Positions 1 to 12,281 of a DNA stretch of 64,000 bases are shown piece by piece. The translations under genes and the position numbers were made by a program. The notes under the pieces are model-generated. The model was not told the DNA's origin. It searched no databases and worked only from the letters and a program-made list of their open reading frames with translations. Numbering within the stretch: the first letter of the stretch is position 1; every line of letters begins with the position of its first letter. This DNA comes from Malacoraja senta (lineage: Eukaryota), in the NCBI GenBank assembly GCA_038087875.1, contig CM075978.1, forward strand, positions 112,716,001-112,780,000, read 5' to 3'.

Positions 1-1255
1 TATGTGGGACCTTATCAAAGGCTTTCTGAAAGTCCAGGTACACTACATCCATTTTCCTAGTTACACCCTCAAAATATTCCAGAAGATGATGGGCCTCTCC
101 CACTTAGGCGACTGCCAGGGACTGATTTTAATGGAATTCACCTACGACATCTGGTGACAACACCTACGACAACCTACAACATAAAAAATTGTCGCCACTT
201 TCGCTGAAATTTTTTTTCAACATGTTGGAAATATCATGGCAGTCGCCTGTAGTCGCCCAACAAAATCACCTATGTGGGACAGGCTCATTAGTCAAGCATG
301 ATTTCCCATTTGCTGACTAGGAACAACCCTGTGACTGCTATCCAAATGTGCCGTTATTTCATCTTTTATTATTAACTCCAGCATTTTCCCCACCACCGAT
401 GTCAGGCTAACTGGCCTATAATTCCCTGTTTTCTCTCTCCTGCTTGTCTTAAAAAGTGGGATAACATTAGCTACCCTCCAATCCACAGGAACTGATCCTG
501 AATGTATAGAACATTGGAAAATGAGCACCAATGCATCCATGATTTCTAGAGCCACTTCCTTAAGTACCATGAGATGCAGACCATCAGGCCCTGGGGATTT
601 ATCAGCCTTCAGTCCTATCAGTCTCCCCAACACCATTTCCTGCCAAATGTGAATTTCCTTCTGTTCCTCCATCACCCTAGGTCCTCTGGCCACTAGTACA
701 TCCTAGAGATTGTTGGTGTCTTCTTTAGTGAAGACGGATCCAAAGTACCTGTTCAACTCGTCTGCCATTTCCTTGTTCCCCATAATAAATCCACTTGTTT
801 CTGATTTCTAGGGACCCACATTTATCTTAACAAATTTTTCCTCTTCACATACCTTAAGAAGCTTTTACTATCCTCCTTTATATTCTTGGCTAGCTTACCT
901 TCGCACCTCATCTTTTCTCCCCATATTGCCTTTATAGTTATCTTCTGTTGCTCTTTAAAAGTTTCCCAATCCCCCGTCCTCCCGCTCATCTTTGCTATGT
1001 TATTTCCCTTGTCAGCCATGGTCGCCTCTTACTCCCCTTAGAACCTTTCTTCCTCTTTGGAATGTACTGATTCTGCACCTTCTGTATTATTCCCAGAAAT
1101 ACCTGCCATTGTTGTTCCACTGTCATCCATGCTAGGATCTCTTTCCAGTCAACTTTGGCCAGCTCCTCCCTTATGCCTCCATAGTCCCCTTTGCTCAACT
1201 GTAATACTGACACTTCCGATTTTCCCTTCTCCTTCTCAAATTGTAGATTGTAGAT
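1..1255 (-). mobile_element. CR1 LINE ORF2 fragment (degenerate), runs off window start
   Basis: Minus-strand ORFs 292-693, 822-1019, 995-1213 give CR1 ORF2 peptides (KSPGPDGLH...DWRVANVIPLFK...GNYRPVSLTSVVGKMLE); interrupted by a MITE at 90-287. Confidence 0.9.
90..287. mobile_element. PIF/Harbinger-type MITE nested in CR1
   Basis: Imperfect TIRs TGGGCCTCTCCCACTTAGGCGA...TCACCTATGTGGGACAGGCTCA; flanked by TGA (87-89) and TTA (288-290), consistent with a TTA target-site duplication; removing it restores the CR1 sequence AGAAGATTAGTCAAG. Confidence 0.75.
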
Positions 1256-1813
1256 GACCTTGATATAATCTGTTATTTCATGATTGAATGTAGAGGCCTA
1301 TAAATATTTCTGAATTCGGAAGTGCCTCCAGAACACTGTCAGTTATGCTAATTTTGTTTAAGGCCAACTTTGTCTGCCTTATAATTAACCCATTCCTCTT
1401 GTAGTTTAGAGCACATGAAACTTGCCACTGGAAATTGCTTAACACCAGCAGTTCTGTGCATGGTGAACCATTCCTGGCATGGTTCTTTTCATTGGTGTAA
1501 GATTACATTTGGCCCCCTGCATTTCAGCTTTGTGATTGGTAGCCATTGATCCAGAAAAATGGGAGGACAGGGATACAAATGCCTCTTAAGAAAGGTATCC
1601 TTGGCCTTTAGCCACTGGGATGTGTTTAAAGGTAATGTAAACCGTTGAAAGATTGCTATATCTGTGGATGGTACAGGACCAAATTGATATGGCCTTGGAC
1701 AGCTCAAAGCAGTGTGTGTTAGCCTGAAGCTGAGAACCTGTCCCTAAATCTCAATCTTAATACTGATTCATAAATAGAGAGCTGCAGTGGAATGCAGCTG
1801 AGGCTATTGGTGG

Positions 1814-2663
1814 GCGGCGCGACTCTCGTTTGCAGCAGCCTCTGCAGTCCGTCTGTCTTTTTATTATTTTTGTCTCGTTTTTATGTAGTTTTTTATTATT
1901 TTTTTTGTCGGGGTATGTGTGTGGGGGGGTAGGGGGGGGGGGAAACTTTGAAATCTTTCCCCTGCACGGGAGACCCGACCTTTTCTTGTCGGGTCTCTGT
2001 TGTCGTTGGGGCTGGGCAACGTGGAGCGGCCTCCAGCAGGAACGACCTGGGGCTCCAGTTGTGGAGCTGCGGACTACTCACCGTCGCGGGGCTGGCCGAG
2101 TCCGGAGCGGGTGGAGCTGTGGTGGAGACAATCGCTGCTGCTACCCGACCCCCGGAGATTCGGAGGCTACAACCGCGGGTCTGGCGGACGGCAACACCGG
2201 AAGCCCGCGGGTCCCCTGGTGGGAGACCGCTTTTCGGGGCTTCCGCAGCGGCAACTTATCCCGCCCGAGTTGCGGGGTTGAAGAGCACCTGGAGCGGGGC
2301 TTTATCCCCCCGCGCGGCTTGGAATGGCCGCCGGACTTTGCGGGCGTGCGCCGGGGCTCTAACACCAAGACCCGGTGCGCGACCCTGCATTGACCGGCGT
2401 GGCTTTAATGGCCGCGGGATGATCACCATCGCCCGCCGGGGGCTTTGACTTTGACTCTGACATCGGGGGGGGGGAGTGCAGTGGAGAGATACGTTTTTTT
2501 TGCCTTCCATCACAGTGCTGTGATGGATGTATGTGTAAATTGTGTTGTGTCTCGGGTCTTCTTCGTTTTGTGATGTATGGCTGCAGAAACGATATTTCGT
2601 TTGGACCTCAAGGGGTCCAAATGACAAATTTGTCCAAAAGACAAATAAACAAATTGAATTGAA
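1814..2663 (+). mobile_element. GC-rich non-autonomous retroposon, copy 1
   Basis: CpG-rich body, hairpin at 2506-2527, AATAAA plus TTGAA-type tail; 8-bp TSD ATTGGTGG at 1806-1813 and 2664-2671. Confidence 0.7.
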
Positions 2664-2922
2664 ATTGGTGGCGATGGTGGGGGTGGTTTGATGTGAAGCT
2701 GTTTAGCCAGCTGGAAAGCTTAATGTTGGCAGTATATTCTTTAATTATAAATTAACATTGGTCCATTGCTTTCAAGGGATCCTCCTAAATTGGTACTATG
2801 GTAAAGATTACCCCTTGTGAATGATAGAATGCAAGTACAATTGTAACTTTCCATACAATAAAAAGAATCAAATAACGCATAACATCATGCCTTTCACATC
2901 TTCAACATTACTTTTGTAATGA

Positions 2923-3258
<336 letters not shown>

Positions 3259-3320
3259 TGAACGGTCAGAAGATTAATTTTTGTCTTGTCATTTTTTTGT
3301 GAGATTGACTTGCATAAATT

Positions 3321-3712
3321 CATAGACAATAGGTGCAGGAGAAGGCCATTTGGCCCTTCGAACCAGCACCACCACGCAATGTGATCATGGCTGATCATCC
3401 ACAATCAGTATCCCGTTCCTGCCTTCTCCTCATATCCCTTGATTCCGCTTGCCCTAAGAGCTCTATCTTACTCTTTCGAATGTATCCAGTGAATCGACCT
3501 CCACTGCCTTCTGAGGCAGAAAATTCACAACTCTTTGGGTGAAAAAGTTGTCCTCATCTCAGTTCTAAATGGCCTACCCCTTATTTTTAAACGGTGGCCC
3601 CAGGTTCTGAAACCCCCAACATTGGGAACATGTTTCCTGCATCTAGCGTGTCCAGTCCCTTAATAATTTTATATGTTTCTATAAGATCCCGTCTCATCCT
3701 TCTAAATTCCAG
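3321..3712 (-). mobile_element. CR1 LINE 3' end
   Basis: Minus-strand LEFRRMRRDLIETYKIIKGLD peptide and typical CR1 3' tail. Confidence 0.85.
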
Positions 3713-4184
3713 ACTTGCGAGACAACCGGTGATTGATGACTCCCTCTCCTCCACCCCATGCTGCCTTCCCATGCTCATTATATTATTATCCCTTCCCCTG
3801 ATGATAGAGGGAATTCACTGGTGCGTCACCAGTCATGACAGGCTGCTTGGAAGAATCTCCCTGAATCTTAATCTAACAACTACATTCTTAGAATGACCTT
3901 GTAGAGGTGATGGAGTGTAAGCATGTGCCAGCATAGCACTTGTGAAGAAGGCAGCTCATGTCCTCTTCCGGCCACATCAGCAGTACCAGGAAAATAGCTG
4001 ATTTTACCCTCTACCTCTGGTTGGTTGGTTTCTAGGCCGTATGTGTGTCAGTGATCATATCATATTACATTTTGGTGTTTTGGTGTTTGTATCAAATAGT
4101 ATCAAAATCTTGTTTTATGCCAAACATTTGTTCAAACTAGAAATCGGTATCTTTTTGTTTGATTTTTAAAGTATGACCATGAGG

Positions 4185-4388
4185 CACAAGAGATTTCAGG
4201 TGCTGGAATCTGGAGTAACAGACAATCTGCTGGAGGAACTTAGAGGCACAAGCAGCATCTGTATCTGGAAAGGAATGGTCACGTTTGGGTTGAAACCCTG
4301 CATCAAGACGCATTGACCATTCCTTTCCATGCACAGGTGCTGCTCAACCCACTGAGGTCCTTTAACAGATTATCTGTTGTTCCAGATT
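4185..4388. mobile_element. Penelope-like terminal repeat fragment, head-to-head inverted arrangement
   Basis: CTGGAATCTGGAGTAACAGACAATCTGCTGGAGGAACT... with its reverse complement at ~4310-4388; same motif as the tail of the Penelope copy at 56891-57767. Confidence 0.6.
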
Positions 4389-4698
4389 GTTTGTAGCTTA
4401 TGAATTAACCCAAATTGATTACAGGCCAATTCTGGAAATCATGTTTAAAATATATGTGTATTAACAATGGAGAATAAATCTTCATGTTACATGTCTACAA
4501 CCACCCATGGTATTGCGATTGAGATAGTGTCAGAAAAACAAAATCTCCCTTAAGCAAAATGTAATATGATATGATCACTGACACACAAAAATAGACTCTA
4601 AATTGTTCGAGGTAACATCATCGAGACAAAGCCCATTGTACGAATAGCTTTCTCTATTCCTATACTATATTCCTAAGGAAATATATAGACATATATAA

Positions 4699-4951
4699 AA
4701 GAGGACGTAGGTTCAAGGTGAAGGGGAAACGATTTAATAGGAATCTGAGGGGTAACTTTTTCACACAATGGGTGGTGGGCTTATGGAACAAACTGTTGAG
4801 GTAGTTGAGGCTGGGACTATCCCATCTTCTAAGAAAGAGTTAGGTATATGGACGAAGTGCGGGCAGGTGGGACTAGTGCAGCTGGGACATGTTGACCTGT
4901 GTGGGCAAGTTGGGCCGAAGGGCCTGTTTCCACACTATATCACTCTATGAC
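4699..4951 (+). mobile_element. CR1 LINE 3' end
   Basis: GGGCCGAAGGGCCTGTTTCC...CTCTATGAC tail; near duplicate of 6065-6335. Confidence 0.8.
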
Positions 4952-4999
4952 GGAGCAGGGAAAGACAACTTGATTATTTGAACCTGCTTCATCATTCAA

Positions 5000-5205
5000 G
5001 AGTTATCCAGCATTGAAACAAGCTCTCGTCCCAACACTTCCCTGCCCACCAAGTTGCCTGCCTGATCTTGTCCCAATTGCCTGTATTTGGCTGATTTCCT
5101 CTTAACCTTTTCTATCCATGTATCTGTCCAAATGTCTTTTAAACTTTGTGATTGTATCTGCCTCCATCACTTCCCCTGGCAGCTTGTTCCACATGCCCAT
5201 CACCC
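5000..5205 (-). mobile_element. CR1 LINE 3' end (old)
   Basis: Reverse complement of the CR1 tail (CCTTTTCTATCCATGTATCTGTCCAAATGTCTTTTAAA). Confidence 0.7.
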
Positions 5206-5211
5206 ATTCCC

Positions 5212-6335
5212 ATTAGATTGCATGGGATCCAAGGAAAGGTAGCTGAATGGATTCATGGAAGGAAGCAGTGGGTGATGGTGGAAAGTTGCTACTCGGTCTG
5301 AAGGCCTGTGACTAGTGGTGTGCCTCAGGATTTGGTGCTGGGCCCGTTACTGTTTGAGATCTATATCAATGATTTGGATGAGAACATACATGGCAAGATA
5401 AGCAAGTTTGCATATGATACGATAGTGGGGAGCTTTGCAGATAGTGAAGATGCTTGTGGAAAATTGCAGCAGGATCTTCATCGATTGGCCAAGTGGGCTG
5501 AGGAATGGTTGATGGAATTTAATACAGAGAAATGTGAGGTGTTGTATTTTGGGAAATCTAACAGGGACAGGACCTACACAGTGAATGGTAGGGCTATGGG
5601 GAGTGTTGTAGATCAGAAGGATCTAGGAGTTCAGGTGCACTCCTTGAGTTGCAGGTAGATAGAGTGGTCAAAAAGGCTTTTGACACATTGGCCTTCATCA
5701 GTCAGAATATTAAGCTCAGAAGTTCAAGGTTAGTTTATTGTCACATGTACCAATTAAGATACAGTGAAATTTGAGTTACCATACAGCCATACTAAGTGAA
5801 AAGCAACAAGACACACAACCACATAAAAGTTAACATAAACATCCATCACAGTGGATTCCACATTCTTCACTGTGATGGAAGGCAATAAGGTTCAATCTTC
5901 TTCCTCTTTGTTCTCCCGCGGTCGGGGCAGTCAAACCATTCGCAGTCGGGGCAATCAAAGCCCCCATCGGGGTGAGCGAAACTCGTGGGTAGGGGCGGTT
6001 GAAACTCTCTCGACGGCATGGAGCTCTGGAGTAGGCCCCATCTTACCAGTGACCGCGGGCTTCAGGGGAATAGGACCAGAGGATACACGGTAAAGGGGAA
6101 ACAATTGAATAGGAATCTAAGGGGTAACTTTTTCACACAGAGTGGCGGTGGTATGGAACAAGCTGTCAGAGGGGGTAGTTGAGGTAGAGACTATCTGAAC
6201 ATTTAAGAAACAGTTAGACAGATTCATAGATAGGACAGGTTTGGTGGGATATGCGTCAAACGTGGGCAGGTGGGACTAGTGTAGCTGGGACATGTTGGAC
6301 TGAAGGGCCTGTTTCCATGTTGTATCACTCTATGA
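5212..6335 (+). mobile_element. CR1 LINE RT region and 3' end, interrupted at 5722-6064
   Basis: ORF 5308-5658 TSGVPQDLVLGPLLFEIYINDLD...SKFAYDT (degenerate FADD); tail resumes at ~6065 with an internal deletion. Confidence 0.88.
5722..6064 (-). mobile_element. GC-rich non-autonomous retroposon, copy 3 (5'-truncated)
   Basis: Shares GCCTTCCATCACAGTG...CACTGTGATGGATGT hairpin (5842-5879) with 1814-2663 and 19841-20672; ends in TTTCACTGTATCTTAATTGGTACATGTGACAATAAA tail. Confidence 0.65.
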
Positions 6336-6481
6336 CACTCCATGTGCCTCATGAGTGCTTAATCATATGTTAATATTTGTTATGTTCATGAGATAAATTT
6401 GTGAATGATTATAACTTTACCTCCACATTCCTATCTACTGGGGGTAATAATTCACCCTCTTGTTAAAAAATCTATTTACCA

Positions 6482-6670
6482 GCAAGATGGTGCCGGAGCA
6501 TGGCCACTCTCAGAAGGATCTACTATCAACCAATGCAATTGCTCTATTCTTTTCTGTCTATTGTACTTGAGTTTGACTTGATTGTTTTTATCTGATGTGA
6601 TTGGATAGCATGCAAAACAAAGCTTTTCACTGGACCACAGTATATGTGGCGATAATAAACCTCAACCTCT
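6482..6670 (+). mobile_element. Short element with Rex1/Babar-like 3' tail
   Basis: CAAGATGGTGCC head joined to GGATAGCATGCAAAACAAAGCTTTTCACTG...GATAATAAACC tail that matches 11180-11445 and 18095-18375. Confidence 0.5.
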
Positions 6671-6915
6671 CCCTTCAAAGACATTGCTTGCAGGAGAAGA
6701 GTACTAAAAACACGCAAAAACTTAGAGCAAGAATTTTGCTCATTCCTTTTGGATTTTCTTTTTGTTAAAACTGCTGATGCTTTGTTCAGTATTTTACATA
6801 AATTCTCCATGACCTTTCATATGCTGAGTTTAAGGGCAATGTGGAATTGATGCGGTGTCAGATGTAGTTTATAGCATATTGTATTAAATTATAATTTATA
6901 AATGTGATTTTGTAG

Positions 6916-7040
6916 GATATTGGTGAATTGCTGCAGTCACGTGGTTCGGAAGTGGGTGTCACCACAGGTAGAAAGAGGAGGTGTGGCTGGTTGGATCTTG
7001 TTTTGCTGAAATATGCCCACATGATAAATGGATTTACTGC
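6916..7040 (+). CDS. ADSS2: Adenylosuccinate synthetase 2, internal coding exon (125 bp)
   Basis: TGTAG|GAT ATT...ACT GC|GTAAGT; [41 protein letters not shown](A), including the GVTTGRKRR substrate loop. VLLKYAHMI fits ADSS2 rather than ADSS1. Confidence 0.97.
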
Positions 7041-7255
7041 GTAAGTAATTTAATTGGAGTTTTTTCCTCTAGACTGAATTTAACGATCAATACTCAAAGA
7101 ATTAAAGAATTGAAACAAGTAATAAATTTGTTTTGAAGCACTGTTATTTCTAAACAGATTTTGACATGGTGAAAGTAAGACTGCTGACCTATTTAAATTG
7201 AGTTTAATTTGCCCTAAGTAAGATTTAATGGTTTTCTGATTTACCTTTTGTGTAG

Positions 7256-7353
7256 TTTAGCACTTACCAAACTGGACATCCTCGATGTATTCCCAGAGAT
7301 TAAAGTTGGTGTGGCTTATAAAGTCGATGAGAAAGTAATACCACACTTTCCAG
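7256..7353 (+). CDS. ADSS2: Adenylosuccinate synthetase 2, internal coding exon (98 bp)
   Basis: TGTAG|T TTA GCA...CCA G|GTAATT; [32 protein letters not shown] with TKLD guanine-recognition motif; phases match neighbours. Confidence 0.97.
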
Positions 7354-7579
7354 GTAATTATTATTGCATGATTTGTAATATTTTGGCAGGATCTAGTTCT
7401 GTTGGAAATGGAGGCAGAGAAATGGTACAATATTTCCAGGAATGTTTTAGACAGTTTTGAGTATTTCTTGTGTCAAATGTTTAATGCTAAAATATATGTA
7501 CTTGTATATAACATTTCAGTGGATTATTTTTCAGTAAGCATGTTTTACCCGAAAAATAAGTATGATAATTTTCTCCCAG

Positions 7580-7729
7580 CTAACCAAGAGGTCTTGAACA
7601 ATGTGAAAGTTCAGTATGTATCCCTGCCTGGTTGGAACACCAGCATAGCCAAATCCAGAACATTTGAAGATTTGCCTGCAAATGCCAAGAGCTATGTCCG
7701 ATTTATTGAAGGACACCTAGGGGTGCCGG
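7580..7729 (+). CDS. ADSS2: Adenylosuccinate synthetase 2, penultimate exon (150 bp)
   Basis: CCCAG|CT AAC CAA...CCG G|GTAAGT; (A)[49 protein letters not shown]. Confidence 0.97.
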
Positions 7730-7989
7730 GTAAGTGCTGCCTTTGCTGGATGTTAACATCTCTCAGCACTGAAAAATGTTTTATAGTGAAATGTTTATTC
7801 AAGAATTAGATTTGACCATGTTTTATACAACATAATTAGATCTGGATTGAGGTACTGAATCATTGCTTTACTTCTGTTATAATGAGAAGTACCTTCAGTA
7901 TAAATTTTGCAGAAATAAAATTTGAATTCATGCAGTAGCAGGTGCTCCCAAAAGAGTTATCTAAGTCTTCTGCTATATCCCCAGTACAG

Positions 7990-8460
7990 TAAAGCCATAG
8001 AGGAGGGGGGGGGGGGGGGTAGGGAGGGGCGGGGTTGCAGCTGAGGTTTCTGCTGAGGACTGATTTATTGGAAGCAAAGAGGAGAGGATCGGAAGGAATG
8101 CTGAAAAGATGGCAAGGGATGAGATGGCTAGAAGGGGTAGGGTGAAAGGAAAGTGAATTTGGAGGAGGATCTGGAGGAGTGTTAAAATTCACAATAGATT
8201 TACGAACTTCTCTGGAATCATTCGGATGGAAATCTTGGCAGTTTTATTGGACTTGCACCCAACATCCATTCATGTTCCTGAAGACTACAGGAGCGCATTG
8301 AGAAGTGCAAGCAATGAATGAGAAAGTAATTATTTCAGATCTGTTCAGTGAAGCCCTGCATAAGATCAAGGAGCAATGCCTCAACACCCATCTAGGCAAG
8401 CTAATCTCCTTGGGATTCAATATTGAATTCAACAATTTCAAACAGCCATTCTCTTCCGTT
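7990..8460 (-). mobile_element. Old Penelope-like fragment
   Basis: Purine-rich tail and GAGCAATGCCTCAACACCCATCTAGGCAAGCT...TATTGAATTCAACAATTTCA segment resembling the end of the Penelope GIY-YIG region; orientation mixed. Confidence 0.4.
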
Positions 8461-8864
8461 TGTGTCAGACTGCCCAGTTCTCGTGTAAGGCAGGTAACAA
8501 TGGAATGCTTAGCGGGTTACACAGAATCTGTGGGAATGGACCCGGGTTGGCATTTTCAGTCAATGATCTTTCTTGATAAGAAGCCATCAAATGGGACACT
8601 GGCCATCAACAGAAGCTCGGCTTCATTCCCTGCATTCTGATCTTCATGGATTCTGAGCCTATGAAGTTTTTGAATTCTTCTGCTGACTTTCTCTCGATAT
8701 CCAGTTCTTTGGCCAAGACTCCCTTCCAAAGAATGTGGGCAATTTCACCCATCTCCAAAATACCTGATGCAACTGGACCCTTTTTCCAGCCTTTCACCCT
8801 CTCACAGCTTATTCAGCACTAATTATTAATGCAACATTGACTGTGTATATGGGATTGACTGTAT

Positions 8865-9172
8865 GGTACTTTTCCCAATATCAGAGCTAGATAAAACTGG
8901 AGGACATAGTTTTAGGGTGAAGGGAAGTTCAGTAAGGATATACAGCGGTCCTCCTTCAGCCAGAGAGTGGTAGATACCTGGAATGCACTGCCTGAGAGAG
9001 TGATTGATGCTGGGTGGCTGACAGCATTTAAAACATGTCTAAATGAGCACAGGCACGGAAGGCTACGGACAAGTGTTGGAAGATGGAAGGGGGTTAATAC
9101 AAAATGGTGCCCACTGGTCAGCATGGGTGAATTGGGCCAAATGTCCTACTTCAATCCTGTATGATTCTATGA
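8865..9172 (+). mobile_element. CR1 LINE 3' end
   Basis: VVDTWNALPERVIDA peptide and CTGTATGATTCTATGA tail. Confidence 0.8.
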
Positions 9173-9279
9173 GCGCCATTATATCTACTCTGATAATGAG
9201 CATTTCCACAACACCCTTTAGATATCTTCCTCTTCCTTAAACATGATTTCCTCCACTATAATTGACACTACTCCAAACT

Positions 9280-9770
9280 GTGTATATGCTCTATTATTTG
9301 CACTTCTCTCACCCCTCTCTTCCCAATGAGAACAAACACAGTTCCCCATATTCTCACTTTCTATCGTACTAGCTTCTGCCCTTACTCAAGCATTCTCCAT
9401 AATTTTCACTACCTTCAAGTGGATTCTATTACCAATTTTCAGAATCGCAAAGGAACCATTCTCTCCATGAATCATGTCTCCATGAACTATGCCTCTTTTC
9501 ACACCACCTTCCCATGAAACCTCAGGAGATGTGTTTCTTCCAATTTAGTAAAAATATATATAAATTTGATGACTGCTTGTATAATGTCCTTTATTCAATG
9601 GGCAAGAGCTTCCATCAACTTTCATTCTCCTGCAATTTTAACTTCCTGTTCCATTCTCACTCAGACTTCATTGTCTTTGAGTTCTTGTATGGATCCACCT
9701 AAGGTAAGCTTGAGGACGGCACCTCACCTTGTGCCTGGGCAAGTTGCTGCGCTAGGAATTTTGTATTGTG
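9280..9770 (+). mobile_element. Old Penelope-like fragment
   Basis: TVPHILTFY resembles the RVPLVLTFHP motif of the copy at 56891-57767. Confidence 0.5.
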
Positions 9771-10739
9771 TGCATATAATTTCAGATACCAATTTTGTTT
9801 TCCTCACTGCAAATGCTTTGATTTGTTTTTCCCTCTGTCTCACTGTTTTTTAAAGTAATTCTAAACTCGACAACTGTGCCTTATCACGGACAATCCTTCT
9901 GCTCTATCTTCTCTCTCCCCACGACTTAAATATGCTGCGTGTCTCACCTTTTCAGTTCTGATCAAGGGTGATTCCAGTATTTTGTGGTATTGTTCTGCTG
10001 TTATTTGCCCATTGATTAAATCTCATTGATTTTATGGCAGCATCATATTCAGCAAAGATACATTTTACACATGTACCACAATCACTGTTTTCTTTCTGCT
10101 TCTTTTCTCATACACTGGAACACAGTGAAAACAATCTTCATTCCTTTATTTCTTGATGTGTTCATACAATCAACAGAACCTAAAGCAGAAAGTATGAGTC
10201 AGTCATGGCGATATATCCTTACCCGAGCAAAATCTGCACCGTTTGTGTAAGAAATATCTGAAATTAATGATATTCTGTCAATGGTAAACAAGTTTTCACT
10301 ATTCTGATATTTGTCAGCTTGGAAAAGAATTTGTTAAACTTGTAGCAAACCCTGTACCTTTTCCTTAAACGTGCAATAGATTTGACCATTCTTCTGTTCT
10401 TATTACTGGATGGCAAATCTTTGAGACAATTGTTTTTTTTTAATTTTCCTCTATTAGAGAGTCAAATTTAACCTTGTACCTTACCCTAAACTAGTACCTA
10501 CCCTTGGAAAGTTGTATATTTTAGGATTGTAACATTTTACATTCAATGCTTTCTACAGGCTTGTATACATTTTATTCACAGAGCTACTTTCACTGAATTG
10601 GCTCTACTTTTTTTGATGACACCAATTTATGAATCTTCGCATTTGTAGCTCTCCTTTCCTTACCTTTCACAGCCAATACCTTGTTAGTAAACTGCTTTTT
10701 CACTGTTCATGTCTCCATACATTATCTCAGCCTTATTTT

Positions 10740-10975
10740 GGTGACCACTGATCTTGGGCTCGGGATTTAATGCTCACTTCAGATATCTTGGTTGTCTAGT
10801 ACTGACAGTGTTTGACTATTTGAAGTGCATTTTTTAAAGTATTGAATTGAGGCTACTGCTCAAGTGGACAAAAAAATTTACGACACTTTTGAAAGAGTAA
10901 TTCCTAGTCAATGACATTGCTCCAAACAGCAATGCTAAATTTGTTTATTTTGTCAATATTGCACTGGAGTATTTA
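10740..10975 (+). mobile_element. Degenerate Deu-domain SINE
   Basis: AGTACTGA...TGCTCAAGTGGAC...ACACTTTTGAAAGAG pattern similar to 37770-38130. Confidence 0.4.
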
Positions 10976-11179
10976 CAGTGTCAACTGTTGAGTTGGAAGT
11001 TGGGTGACTAACAGTAAACAGTTTACTGCAGCAAACTAGTCATTTTTCTTTAGATTGGAGAAAAGAAAATCCTTATCAAACCAGATAATCTCCAAAAATA
11101 TGCTGCCGTTTGGGAAGAATAGTTTATATAAATCACATGCAGTAAATCAATGCAAGTTACTTGTGTTAGCATAGTCACA

Positions 11180-11445
11180 AAGATTCAGAGAACAGCTGCT
11201 TCCCTGCTATTATCAGACACTTGAATGGATCTCTCATATGGGAGGGATAAATTCCCGGTCTTCTAATTAACCTTGTGGTTTTTATTTTTTCTTCAATTTC
11301 TCTGTGGCTCTAACGTTATATTCTACACTGTTTATTTTCTCTTTTATGCGACCTGATGAATTCATGGATGATTTGCCTGGATAGCAGCCAAAAATATATT
11401 TTTCCCCTTTATCTTGGTACACATGACAATAACGTACCAATACCA
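11180..11445 (+). mobile_element. Rex1/Babar-like LINE 3' end
   Basis: AGATTCAGAGAACAGCTGCTTCCCTGCTATTATCAGACACTTGAATGG (RF.NSFFPA.IR.LN-like C terminus) and GGTACACATGACAATAA tail. Confidence 0.6.
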
Positions 11446-11604
11446 AAATTACTGAATTCTAAAGCCATGTTACGGCTCCTGAAATGACATCTACTGTAAT
11501 ATAATTCTCCAATCTTTTTGTTGTTCAAAATTGACTCCAAGCTGTAATCTTGCATGAGCGCAGCTGATGTCTCCTGAAATTTAACAACATTCCTATGTTT
11601 ACAG

Positions 11605-11657
11605 TTAAATGGATCGGGATCGGCAAATCAAGAGAGTTGATGATCCAGCTGTTTTAG
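11605..11657 (+). CDS. ADSS2: Adenylosuccinate synthetase 2, terminal coding exon
   Basis: TTTACAG|TT AAA TGG...TTT TAG; (V)KWIGIGKSRELMIQLF*, the conserved ADSS C terminus. Confidence 0.96.
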
Positions 11658-12043
11658 GTTTGCTGGTGCCAAGAAGAGTCTGTTATCACCAGAATGGACT
11701 TCGGCAAGTTGAAATCAGGACATGTTCGGTCTTCAAATACCAGTATTGTTTGTATCTGGCAGAAATGTAGGAAATTACTGTTTTTGTGAGGGTGGAGGAA
11801 ATGAGGGGAAGAATGGATGTTCTTTTTAAAAGCAACGTGAAAATGGCATTCAAAAAAATTAAATTTCATTTTATTCAGGGATAGGTTAAATGCTGCTGTC
11901 ACAAAGTGTTCAGAATCCATTGCATTGTCATTGAGATTTGGTATAACTGACACTTGTTTAATTATTAAATAATGTTGGTGGGTTTTTTTTTCAAGAGTTG
12001 CTCTGAATTGGGCAATATTTTTAATTAAGTTGGTAACTTTGAA

Positions 12044-12049
12044 AATAAA
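12044..12049 (+). terminator. Candidate proximal poly(A) signal of ADSS2
   Basis: First AATAAA after the stop (ATTAAA at ~11964), with G/T-rich sequence downstream. Confidence 0.5.
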
Positions 12050-12281
12050 ACAAAATGAAAAATTATCCCCTGTACTTTGGAAGAATACATTGGCTGGTGT
12101 TTTTTTTCCATACTAAATTGGAAATTATTTCTTTGATGTTTCTAAATTGAAAATGATGGGGCATTTTGTGACGCCAACGAAGGCCGTGGTTGATGCGAAT
12201 CCCTGCATTTCTTTTGGAGTTGTCACCTGGTTTAGGTTATGTCTCTTATGCCTTTAGGTAGACAGAATCATTTCATTTCAT

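Noticed and set aside
1830-2627. Several overlapping 100-190 aa ORFs and CpG-island appearance
   Set aside because: GC-rich TSD-flanked retroposon inside an ADSS2 intron; stop-poor by composition, with no recognisable domain.
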